Shown: piece after piece, positions 9,667 through 18,239 of the stretch | Position numbering within the stretch: position 1 is the first letter of the stretch | How the letters are laid out: each line of letters starts with the position of its first letter | NCBI GenBank assembly: GCA_963752285.1 | Contig: CAVVXN010000001.1 | Span: forward strand, 448,001-512,000 | Source of the DNA: an uncultured Planctomycetota bacterium | GTDB lineage: Bacteria; Planctomycetota; PLA2; JAEUHO01 | Length of the DNA stretch: 64,000 nt | Direction: 5' to 3' | The notes under the pieces: generated by a model | Databases searched by the model: none | What the model saw: only the letters and a program-made list of their open reading frames with translations | Told to the model about the DNA's origin: nothing | Translations under genes and position numbers: made by a program

Positions 9667-10535
9667 CCCCGCCCCGTCTCCTCGGCGTCTACCGCGAGGC
9701 CGCCCACTCTCCGGGCCGCGTGGGCGACGACGCCCGCGTCCTCGAGCGCGTGGCGGAGCGCCTTCGGAGCGCCGGGTGCGAGGTCGTGCTCGTGGGCCCC
9801 GACGCGCTCGCGGACGCCGTCTGTGGATCGGTCCCGGACCTGGTGTTCGCGATGTGCGAGCAGGCGTCGGCCCTCGAGGTCCTCGAGGGCCTCGCGCCGA
9901 AGGGCGTGCGCTTCGTGAACGAGGTGGGCGCGATCCGGAACACGTTCCGCGACCGCATGCTGCCCCGCCTCGCGGCGCTCGGCGACGCGTTCCCCCCGAG
10001 CCGGCTCGTCCCGACCGCCGGGTCCGACGATCCCGCGGCCGGCGCCGCCTACGACGGCCTCGGCCCGGTATGGGTGAAGCGCGGCGACTTCCACCAGACC
10101 CGCGCGGGCGACGTCACGTTCGCGGCCGACGGCGATCAGGTGGCCCACGCGCTCCTCGCGCTCGCGCGCCGCGACGTCGAGAACGCGGTCGTGCAGGTCC
10201 ACGTGCCGGGCGACCTCGTGAAGTTCTACGGCGTCGGGCTCGGAGCCGACGACTGGTTCTGCCACTTCCACCACGCGGGGCAGCGCCTCGCCGGCACGCC
10301 GTACGAGGGAGCGCGGCTGGCCGCGCTCGCCCGGCGCGCGGCCGGTCTGCTCGGCCTCGAGGTCTACGGCGGCGACGCCATCGTCCGGGCCGACGGCGGC
10401 CTCGTGGTCATCGACGTGAACACCTGGCCGTCGTTCGCGCTCGTGCGCGAGGAGGCGGCCGAACGGATCGCGGCGCACCTGCTCTCCCGGCTCCGGGAGC
10501 CGGCGGGTGCCGTCGCGCAAGAGGGAGACGCATGA
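9663..10535 (+). CDS. ATP-grasp fold enzyme with ITPK1-like motifs
   Basis: PVWVKRGDFH, VVQVHVPGDLVKFYGVG, YGGDAIV, VIDVNTWPSF; TTGA overlap with the upstream gene. Confidence 0.7.
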   Translation: MTPPRLLGVYREAAHSPGRVGDDARVLERVAERLRSAGCEVVLVGPDALADAVCGSVPDLVFAMCEQASALEVLEGLAPKGVRFVNEVGAIRNTFRDRMLPRLAALGDAFPPSRLVPTAGSDDPAAGAAYDGLGPVWVKRGDFHQTRAGDVTFAADGDQVAHALLALARRDVENAVVQVHVPGDLVKFYGVGLGADDWFCHFHHAGQRLAGTPYEGARLAALARRAAGLLGLEVYGGDAIVRADGGLVVIDVNTWPSFALVREEAAERIAAHLLSRLREPAGAVAQEGDA

Positions 10536-11860
10536 GCGCCTTCGAGGCCGGTCCGCGATCCCGGGCGATCTTCGAGCGCGACCAGCGCCACATGGCGCCG
10601 GGTCTGCAGTCGGTCGCGCTCTACGCGCCGATCGCGATGGACCACGGCCACGGCGCCGAGCTCTTCGACGCCGACGGCCGCCGGTACGTAGACTTCCTCG
10701 CCGGCGTCGCCGTCGCGAGCCTGGGCGCGGCTCACCCGCACTGGGTGAAGCGCATGCAGGAGCAGGCGTCCCGCGTCGTCCACGGCTCGTTCGCGACCGA
10801 GAACCGTGCGCGCTTCCTGGAGCTGCTCGCGTCCACGACCCCCGAGGGCCTGAAGCGCATCCAGCTCTACTCCGGTGGGGCCGAGGCCGTCGAGGCGTCG
10901 TTCCGCATGGCGAAGTCGGTCACGAAGGGCTACGAGGTCGTCGGCTTCTACGGCGGCTTCCACGGCAAGACGGGCGGCGTGCTCGGCCTCCTCGGCAGCG
11001 ACACGAAGAAGGCGCTCGGCCCGTACATGCCCGGCCAGCGCCTGGCGCCGTACGCGTACTGCTATCGGTGTCCTCTCTCGCTCACGCACCCGTCGTGCGG
11101 CATCGCGTGCGCGGAGCAGCTCCGGGACGTGATCCGGTACCAGACGGAGGGAAAGCTGTCGGCCGTGATCGTCGAGCCCGTGCAAGGCACGGCCGGCAAC
11201 GTCGTGCCGCCGAAGGGGTTCCTGTCGGCGATCGCCCAGATCGCGCGCGAGGCCGGTGCGCTTCTGATCGCCGACGAGATGATCACCGGGTTCGGCCGGA
11301 CGGGTCGGATGTGGGGCGTCGAGCACGAGGGTCTCGTCCCCGACGCGATGACGATCGGGAAGGGCATCGGCTCGGGCTTCCCCATGAGCGGTCTCGTGAC
11401 ACGCGAGGATCTCGCTTCCGCGCCGCCGTTCGGCCTGCCTTCGGGGTCGTCGTCCTCGTACGGGGGCAACCCGTTCGCCGCGACGGCGGGGCTCGCGACG
11501 CTGGAGGTCATCCTGGAGGAGGGCCTCGTCGAGCGGTCCCGGACACTCGGGGCGCGCATGCTCGAACGCCTGAAGGAGATGCAGGAGCGACACCCGTTCA
11601 TCGGAGACGTCCGCGGTCAGGGCCTCCTCATCGGGGTCGAGCTCGTTCGGGACCGGGCGACGAAGGAACCCCTCCCGAAGAGCGTCACGCTCGACCTCTT
11701 CCACCGCGCCCTGAGCCGCGGGCTCCTCTCGATGAGCTACGGCTCGTCCATCCGGATCAACCCGCCGCTCGTCCTGACCGACGACCAGGCGGACGAGGGC
11801 CTCCAGGTGCTCGACGAGGTCTTCGGCGAGGTGGCCCGCGAGGGCCGGTGGCGGGGGTGA
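10532..11860 (+). CDS. Class-III PLP-dependent aminotransferase
   Basis: SGGAEAVE, GFHGKT, VEPVQGTAG, LIADEMITGFGRTG, TIGKGIGSGFP, GDVRGQGL. Confidence 0.93.
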   Translation: MSAFEAGPRSRAIFERDQRHMAPGLQSVALYAPIAMDHGHGAELFDADGRRYVDFLAGVAVASLGAAHPHWVKRMQEQASRVVHGSFATENRARFLELLASTTPEGLKRIQLYSGGAEAVEASFRMAKSVTKGYEVVGFYGGFHGKTGGVLGLLGSDTKKALGPYMPGQRLAPYAYCYRCPLSLTHPSCGIACAEQLRDVIRYQTEGKLSAVIVEPVQGTAGNVVPPKGFLSAIAQIAREAGALLIADEMITGFGRTGRMWGVEHEGLVPDAMTIGKGIGSGFPMSGLVTREDLASAPPFGLPSGSSSSYGGNPFAATAGLATLEVILEEGLVERSRTLGARMLERLKEMQERHPFIGDVRGQGLLIGVELVRDRATKEPLPKSVTLDLFHRALSRGLLSMSYGSSIRINPPLVLTDDQADEGLQVLDEVFGEVAREGRWRG

Positions 11861-12864
11861 CGCGCCTTCGCGGGGCGATCGTCGGGCTCGGCGCGATCGC
11901 GCGCGGCGGTCACTGGCCGCGCTGGCGGGTGAACGACCGCGTCTTGATCGTGGGCGCGGTGGAGATCGCCGCGCCGGGCCCCTCGGACGAGGCCACGGGC
12001 CTGCGCGTCTGGCCGACCCTCGACGCGCTCCTGGCCGAGGAGCCGCTCGACTTCGTGGACGTCTGCACGCCGCCCGACCGCCACGCGGAGCTCGTCGAGG
12101 TCGCGCTCGGCCGCGGGCTCCACGTGCTCTGCGAGAAGCCGCTCGTGGTCCGCCGGGCCGACATGGACCGCGTGGCCCGCGCGGCGGACGCCGGCGACCG
12201 TGTCCTGTTCACCGTGCACAACTGGCTCCACGCCCCGATCGTCGAAGCGGTCTCCCGCTTCGTGCGCGCGGGACGCGTGGGCCGGGTCGTCGAGGCCACG
12301 TGGACCGTCGAGCGCACGGGCCCGTCCGCGACGGTGGAGAAGGAGGGCAACTGGCGCCTGGACCCCGCCGTGGCGGGCGGCGGCATCCTCGTGGACCACG
12401 GCTGGCACGCGCTCTACGTGCTCCTCGACTGGCTCGGCGTGCGGCCCGAGCGGGTGGCGGCGCGGCTCGAGCGGCGCCGCCACGTGGACCTCGCTGTCGA
12501 GGACACCGCGCACGTCGAGCTCGAGCTCCCCGGCGCGCGGTCCGTCCTCGACCTCACCTGGGCGGCCGACCGACGGCGGAACGAGGCGTCCGTCGTGGGG
12601 ACCGAGGGATCCATCCGACTCCTCGACGACCACCTCGTCCTGGATGGGCCGCGCGGCGAGACGTTGCGGTTCGACGCGCCCCTCTCGGGCGGCTCCACGC
12701 ATCCCGACTGGTTCGACGCGACGGCGGCGCGCTTCCTGGACGAGGTCGATGGGCGGTCGCCCCGCGGCGCGAACCTCGCCGTCGCCACGACGTGCTTTTG
12801 CGTTCTCGAGGCCGCGTGGCGCTCCGCCGCCGACGGCGGACGCCCGGCGCGGGTGGCCGACTGA
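11857..12864 (+). CDS. Gfo/Idh/MocA family NAD(P)-dependent oxidoreductase (inositol dehydrogenase-like)
   Basis: IVGLGAIA, VDVCTPP..H, HVLCEKPL, AGGGILVDHGWH, VEDTA. Confidence 0.92.
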   Translation: MTRLRGAIVGLGAIARGGHWPRWRVNDRVLIVGAVEIAAPGPSDEATGLRVWPTLDALLAEEPLDFVDVCTPPDRHAELVEVALGRGLHVLCEKPLVVRRADMDRVARAADAGDRVLFTVHNWLHAPIVEAVSRFVRAGRVGRVVEATWTVERTGPSATVEKEGNWRLDPAVAGGGILVDHGWHALYVLLDWLGVRPERVAARLERRRHVDLAVEDTAHVELELPGARSVLDLTWAADRRRNEASVVGTEGSIRLLDDHLVLDGPRGETLRFDAPLSGGSTHPDWFDATAARFLDEVDGRSPRGANLAVATTCFCVLEAAWRSAADGGRPARVAD

Positions 12865-12865
12865 G

Positions 12866-14131
12866 ATGCGTCTCGTCGTGGTCATCTCCGACGATGTCGA
12901 GCGCGAAGCCGCGCTCGCGAACGTCGGCGGGATCCCGCTTCTGAGGCGGACGGTGCTCTGCGCGCGCAAGCGCGGGTTCGACAACATCGAGGTCGTCGTG
13001 CGCGCGGACGTGGCCCGCGTGGCCCGCGCCCTCGACGGGACGGGCGCCCGCGTGGCGCCCGAGGCGACCGTCAAGGCGACGCCGACGCTGCTCCTCGCGC
13101 CGACGTTCCTGCCGGCCGACTCCTGGCTCGCCACGCACGCCGTCGTGACGGACGCGGCGACCGCGGTCCACGGCGACGGCCGGGTCGCCGTCACCCTCGA
13201 GGGAAGCGAGGCCGAGCGCCTCGCGCGCGGCGACCTGCGTCCCGCGGCCCTCGCGCGGCTCCTCCCGGATCCGCTCGCTGCGCCGCCTCCGGAGGGAGAC
13301 GACGCGTCGGACGCCGCGGGGCGCCGCGCGCTCGAGAGGAAGCTGCTCCAGTCGCTGGTGAAGCCGAGCGAGGGCTTCATGTCGCGCCACGTCGAGCGGC
13401 GGATCTCGCTCGCCGTCACGCGCCGCTTGATGAACGAGCGGATCACGCCGAACCAGATGACGTGGATCAGCACGGGCGTCGGGCTCCTCGGCGCCTGCTG
13501 CTTCCTGTTCTCCGGGCGCGGTTTCGCGATCGCGGGCGCGGTGCTCTTCCTCGTGCACTCGATCCTCGACGGGTGCGACGGCGAGCTCGCCCGTCTCCGT
13601 CACCAGGAGAGCCGCGCGGGCGGCCTCCTGGACTTCTGGTCCGACAACGTGGTGCACGTCGCCGTGTTCCTCGCGCTGGGCGCGGGTTGGTCGCGCGAGG
13701 CGGCCTCGTTCCTGCCGCTCGTGATCGCCGGCCTCGCGGTCTTCGGGACCGTCTTCGCCGCCGCCTGGGTCCACGCGACGACCCTCGTGTCGCGGGACCA
13801 AGGGCCTCCCGGCCCGCTCTACGTCTCGGTCGCGCCCAACGCCGCGGCGTCGCGGGCGGTGCGCCTCGCCGACGTCCTCTCGCGCCGCGACTTCATCTGG
13901 CTCGTGCTCCTCCTCGCGATCGTCGGATGGATCCGGGTCTTCCTCGTGCTCGCCGCCGTCGGCGCGCCGCTCTACGCCGCGCTCCTCGTGTGGATCCGGA
14001 TCCGGGAGGCGCGGCACGCCGCGGGCGGGGGGCCCCGGCACGAGGGCCCGCCGGCCGCCAACGACGCCGCCGACGTCGCCCCCGAGGACACGTTCGGGGG
14101 CCCGGGCCGGCCCGCCCCGCCGGTAGGATGA
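12866..14131 (+). CDS. CDP-alcohol phosphatidyltransferase (DIPPS-like) with a degenerate N-terminal nucleotidyltransferase-like domain
   Basis: Signature LDGCDGELAR...GGLLDFWSD; KPSEGFMSRHVERRIS...ITPNQMT; N-terminal VGGIPLLRRTV without the GxGxR loop. Confidence 0.88.
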   Translation: MRLVVVISDDVEREAALANVGGIPLLRRTVLCARKRGFDNIEVVVRADVARVARALDGTGARVAPEATVKATPTLLLAPTFLPADSWLATHAVVTDAATAVHGDGRVAVTLEGSEAERLARGDLRPAALARLLPDPLAAPPPEGDDASDAAGRRALERKLLQSLVKPSEGFMSRHVERRISLAVTRRLMNERITPNQMTWISTGVGLLGACCFLFSGRGFAIAGAVLFLVHSILDGCDGELARLRHQESRAGGLLDFWSDNVVHVAVFLALGAGWSREAASFLPLVIAGLAVFGTVFAAAWVHATTLVSRDQGPPGPLYVSVAPNAAASRAVRLADVLSRRDFIWLVLLLAIVGWIRVFLVLAAVGAPLYAALLVWIRIREARHAAGGGPRHEGPPAANDAADVAPEDTFGGPGRPAPPVG

Positions 14132-14198
14132 CCGGCCGCGCTCCCGGGACGAGCGCCCCGGCCGGGAGCCGGGAGGGGCGGGAGCGCGAGCGGAAGAG

Positions 14199-16217
14199 AT
14201 GCACTCGACGGCGTCGCCCGCACTCGAGGATCGGCACGCCGCTGTGGCGGCGGGCGGCCCCGTGCGCCTCGCCGACCGGGCCCGCGAGGCGCTCCTAAGG
14301 GCCCGGGCCCAGCTGCTCCGGGTCCAGGCGCTCGACGGGTCCTGGTGCGCCGAGCTCGAGGGCGACTCGATCCTCGTCTCCGAGTACGTGCTCACGCAGT
14401 GGTTCCTCGGCCGGCAGGGTTCGCCGCGGGTGCGAAAGGCCGCCGAGACGCTCCGTCGCAGGCAGCGTCCCGACGGCGCGTGGTCGCTCTTCCCGGGCGG
14501 ACCCGACGAGCTGAGCGCGTCGGTCAAGGCCTACTTCGTGCTGAAGCTCTCGGGCGACGCGCCCGACGCGCCGCACATGGAGCGCGCCCGGCGGTCGATC
14601 CTCGCGCTCGGCGGCCTCGAGGCGACGAACTCGTACACGAAGATCTACCTCGCGATCTTCGGACAGTACCCGTGGGAGGGATGCCCCGCGATCCCTCCGG
14701 AGCTCGTCCTCTTCCCGTCGTGGTTCCCGTTCAACCTCTACGAGATGTCGTCGTGGTCGCGTGCGATCGTCGTGCCGCTCTGCCTGATCTGGGCGAAGCG
14801 GCCTCACGTGACGGTGCCGGAGCGCGCCTCGATCGCCGAGCTTTGCGCCGCCGCGTCCCACGAGTCGGCAGGCGTCGTGCGCTTCGTGGGCCGCCACCCG
14901 GTCTGGACGCGGGTCTTCGGCGCGGCCGACCGCCTGCTGAAGTCGCTCGAGCGCCTCCGCCTCCGGCCCCTCCGCCGCCTCGCCATGCGACGAGCGGAGG
15001 CGTGGATCCGGGAGCGCCTCGCGGGCTGCGACGGGGTCGGCGCGATCTTCCCGCCGATCGTGAACACGATCGTCGGCTTCTCTGCGCTCGGGTACCCCGT
15101 CGACGAGCCCGTCGTCGCGAGCCAGATCGCGGAGCTCGAGCGCCTCGGGATCGAGGACGACGAGACGTTCCGCGTCCAGCCGTGCTTCTCGGCCCTGTGG
15201 GACACGGCCCAGGTGCTCAGCGCGCTCCTCGGCGCCGGTGTGGCGCCGGACGACCCCGCGGTCCTCGGGGGCGCGCGCTGGCTTCTCGCCCGCGAGGTGC
15301 GTCGCAAGGGCGACTGGGCCGTGAAGGTCCGGGGCGTGCCGGCCGGCGGCTGGTACTTCGAGTACCGGAACGAGTGGTATCCCGACTGCGACGACACGGC
15401 CGAGGTGCTCGGCGTGCTCGCGCGCGTGCGCTTCCCCGACCCCGACGAGGACGCGCGGCGCACGGCGGCGATCGAGCGCGGCCTCGCGTGGCTCCTCGGG
15501 ATGCAGAGCCCGACGGGCGGGTGGGCGGCGTTCGACCGCGCGGTGACGAAGCGCTTCCTCACCTACGTCCCGTTCGCCGACCACAACGCGATGCTCGACC
15601 CGCCGGTGGCGGACGTCACGGGACGCGCGCTCGCGGCCCTCGCCCACGCCGGCGTGCCCCAGGGGCACCGGGCCGTTCGCCGCGCGGTCCGGTTCCTCCG
15701 ACGCGAGGAGGAGGAGGACGGCACCTGGTTCGGCCGGTGGGGCGCGAACTACGTGTACGGGACCTGGCTCGCGCTGACCGGTCTCGTCCGCAGCGGCGAG
15801 GACCCGGACGCACCGTGGGTCCGCCGCTCGGCGGGCTGGCTCCAGGACCGCCAGAACCCGGACGGCGGCTGGGGCGAGAGCCTCCGGTCGTACGACGAGC
15901 CCGCCCTGAAGGGGCGTGGCGAGAGCACGGCGGCGCAGACCGCGTGGGCCCTCCTCGGGCTCCTCGCGCTCGGGCCCGCGGGGGACCCGGCCCGCGCGTC
16001 GGCCGAGCGGCGCGGCGTCGAGCGCCTCCTCGCGACGCAGCTACCCGACGGGTCCTGGTTCGACGAGTCCTTCACGGGCACCGGGTTCCCGCGCGTCTTC
16101 TACCTGCGGTACCACCTCTACGCGACGCTCTTCCCGGCGCTCGCGCTGGCCACCTGGCTCGACGTCGAGGGGGCGTCCCCCGCGGACCGCCCCGCGTCGA
16201 GCGGGAGAAACCGATGA
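14199..16217 (+). CDS. shc: Squalene-hopene cyclase
   Basis: YPDCDDTAE (DxDDTA), QW repeats (QRPDGAW, QSPTGGW, QNPDGGWGE, QLPDGSW), WFGRWGANYVYGT, TGTGFPRVFYLRYHLY. Confidence 0.97.
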   Translation: MHSTASPALEDRHAAVAAGGPVRLADRAREALLRARAQLLRVQALDGSWCAELEGDSILVSEYVLTQWFLGRQGSPRVRKAAETLRRRQRPDGAWSLFPGGPDELSASVKAYFVLKLSGDAPDAPHMERARRSILALGGLEATNSYTKIYLAIFGQYPWEGCPAIPPELVLFPSWFPFNLYEMSSWSRAIVVPLCLIWAKRPHVTVPERASIAELCAAASHESAGVVRFVGRHPVWTRVFGAADRLLKSLERLRLRPLRRLAMRRAEAWIRERLAGCDGVGAIFPPIVNTIVGFSALGYPVDEPVVASQIAELERLGIEDDETFRVQPCFSALWDTAQVLSALLGAGVAPDDPAVLGGARWLLAREVRRKGDWAVKVRGVPAGGWYFEYRNEWYPDCDDTAEVLGVLARVRFPDPDEDARRTAAIERGLAWLLGMQSPTGGWAAFDRAVTKRFLTYVPFADHNAMLDPPVADVTGRALAALAHAGVPQGHRAVRRAVRFLRREEEEDGTWFGRWGANYVYGTWLALTGLVRSGEDPDAPWVRRSAGWLQDRQNPDGGWGESLRSYDEPALKGRGESTAAQTAWALLGLLALGPAGDPARASAERRGVERLLATQLPDGSWFDESFTGTGFPRVFYLRYHLYATLFPALALATWLDVEGASPADRPASSGRNR

Positions 16218-17215
16218 GATTCCCCGTCCACATCACGGTAGACACGATCCGCCACCAGGTGAAGAACGCGCTCCAGGGGAACCGCCGGTACCCCTTCGTG
16301 CTGATGCTGGAGCCGCTCTACACGTGCAACCTCGCCTGCATCGGGTGCGCGGTCGAACGCCACACGGGCCGCCTCGAGGACCGGCTGACCGTGGAGGCGT
16401 GCCTCGCGGCCTCGGACGACTGCGGCGCGCCGATCGTGTCGATCTGCGGCGGCGAGCCGACGGTCTACCCCGAGCTGCCGGAGCTGGTGCAGGGCATCAT
16501 CGACCGCAAGCGGCACATCTACCTGTGCACGAACGCGCTCCTCCTCGACAAGCGCGTGTACGGGAAGATCCCTCCCCACCGGCGCCTCTCCATCAACATC
16601 CACCTCGACGGCATGCAGAAGACGCACGACTACGTCTGCGATCGCGAGGGGACGTTCGACAAGGCCATCGCGATGGTGAAGGAGGGCAAGCGCCTGGGCT
16701 ACCACGTCCTCACCAACACCACGATCTTCAAGGAGACCGACATGGACGAGATCGAGGAGCTGTGCCGGCTCCTCCGGGGTCTCGGCGTGGACGGCATGCT
16801 CATCTCGCCCGGCTACCAGTACGAGTCGCTGCCCGGCGACATCTTCCTCACGCGGAAGGACACCTCGGAGAAGTTCAAGCGGGTCCTCGCGCTCTCGAAG
16901 CACTTCCGCCTGCAGTCGTCGCCGATGTTCCTGGAGTTCGCGGCGGGCATGCGCGAGTATCCCTGCTCGCCGTGGAGCACGGTCACGAGGACGCCGCTCG
17001 GGTGGAAGGGTCCCTGCTACCTGATCGGAAAGGGCTGGTACCCGACGTGGGACGAGTTCTGGAACGGCGTGGACTGGGACTACTGGGAGTCGCGCCAGGA
17101 CCCCCTCTGCCAGAACTGCGCCATGCACTCGGGCTTCGAGGCTTCGGTCGTGCGCGAGCTCTCGAAGAGCCCGCGCGACATGGTCCGGATGGCCGCCTGG
17201 AACGTCCTCGGCTGA
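16214..17215 (+). CDS. hpnH: Adenosylhopane-forming radical SAM enzyme HpnH
   Basis: YPFVLMLEPLYTCNLACIGC, SICGGEP, GWKGPCYL, CQNCAMHSGFEAS; ATGA overlap with shc. Confidence 0.92.
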   Translation: MRFPVHITVDTIRHQVKNALQGNRRYPFVLMLEPLYTCNLACIGCAVERHTGRLEDRLTVEACLAASDDCGAPIVSICGGEPTVYPELPELVQGIIDRKRHIYLCTNALLLDKRVYGKIPPHRRLSINIHLDGMQKTHDYVCDREGTFDKAIAMVKEGKRLGYHVLTNTTIFKETDMDEIEELCRLLRGLGVDGMLISPGYQYESLPGDIFLTRKDTSEKFKRVLALSKHFRLQSSPMFLEFAAGMREYPCSPWSTVTRTPLGWKGPCYLIGKGWYPTWDEFWNGVDWDYWESRQDPLCQNCAMHSGFEASVVRELSKSPRDMVRMAAWNVLG

Positions 17216-17240
17216 GCCGTCCGACGCGCGGGGGGCGCCG

Positions 17241-18239
17241 ATGGACCTCGTGACGGGAGGCAGCGGCTTCGTCGGTGCGCACGTCGTCCGGTCGCTCCTC
17301 GCCCGCGGGCAGAGGGTCCGCTGCCTCGTCCGCGGCCCGCGCCCCTCGGGCCGCGGCTCTGCGAACCTCGACGGCCTCGACGTGGAGCGCGTCGAGGGGG
17401 ATCTGCTCGAGCCGGACTCGCTCGGGCCCGCGACGCGCGGCGTCGAGCGCGTGTTCCACGTGGCCGCCGACTACCGGCTCTTCGCGCGCGACCCGCGGCC
17501 GCTGTACCGCGCGAACGTGGACGGCACGCGCGCGCTCCTAGAGGCCGCGGCCCGCGAGGGCGTCCGTCGCTTCGTCCACACGTCGTCGGTCGGCGCGCTC
17601 GGCCTCACGTCCGACGGGACGCCGGCCGACGAGACGACCCCCGCGCGGCTCGCCGACATGATCGGCCACTACAAGCGCAGCAAGTTCCTCGCGGAGCGTG
17701 AGGCCGAGGCGGCGGCGGCGCGCGGGCTCCCGGTCGTGATCGTGAACCCCTCCACGCCGATCGGCGAGATGGACGCGCGGCCCACCCCCACGGGGCAGGT
17801 CGTCGTGGACTTCCTGAACCGCCGGATGCCTGCGTACGTGGACACGGGCCTGAACCTCGTGGACGTGCGGGACGTGGCCGAGGGGCACGTCCTCGCCGCG
17901 GAGCGCGGTCGTGTCGGCGAGCGCTACGTGCTCGGCGCCGAGAACCTGACCCTCCGGGCGATTCTCGAGACGCTCGCGCGGCTCACCGGGCTCCCCGCGC
18001 CGCGCGTACGCCTGCCGCGATGGATCCCCCTCCTCGTGGCCGGCGTCGAGACGGGCTTCGCGAAGTGCTTCGGGGGCACGCCGCGTGTCCCGTTGGAGGG
18101 TGTGCGGATGGCGCGGCACCGCATGTTCTTCGACCACGGGAAGGCCCGCCAAGAGCTCGGCTACGCGCCGGGCCCGGTCGAGGACGCGCTCGTCCGTGCG
18201 ATCGGGTGGTACCGGGCGAACGGGTACGTGCGGGCGTGA
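17241..18239 (+). CDS. hpnA: Hopanoid-associated NAD-dependent epimerase/dehydratase HpnA
   Basis: TGGSGFVG, FHVAADYRL, IGHYKRSK, VNPSTPIG..D..PTPTG, MPAYVDTGLN. Confidence 0.92.
   Translation: MDLVTGGSGFVGAHVVRSLLARGQRVRCLVRGPRPSGRGSANLDGLDVERVEGDLLEPDSLGPATRGVERVFHVAADYRLFARDPRPLYRANVDGTRALLEAAAREGVRRFVHTSSVGALGLTSDGTPADETTPARLADMIGHYKRSKFLAEREAEAAAARGLPVVIVNPSTPIGEMDARPTPTGQVVVDFLNRRMPAYVDTGLNLVDVRDVAEGHVLAAERGRVGERYVLGAENLTLRAILETLARLTGLPAPRVRLPRWIPLLVAGVETGFAKCFGGTPRVPLEGVRMARHRMFFDHGKARQELGYAPGPVEDALVRAIGWYRANGYVRA

Noticed and set aside
10532..11860. Naming the aminotransferase hpnO
   Set aside because: Same enzyme class, but I cannot establish orthology by eye, and it is coupled to inositol genes
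6792..14131. Plain di-myo-inositol-phosphate or mycothiol pathway
   Set aside because: No mshA-D; the flippase, ATP-grasp, aminotransferase and dehydrogenase genes and the hopanoid context are not explained by DIP alone (not fully excluded)
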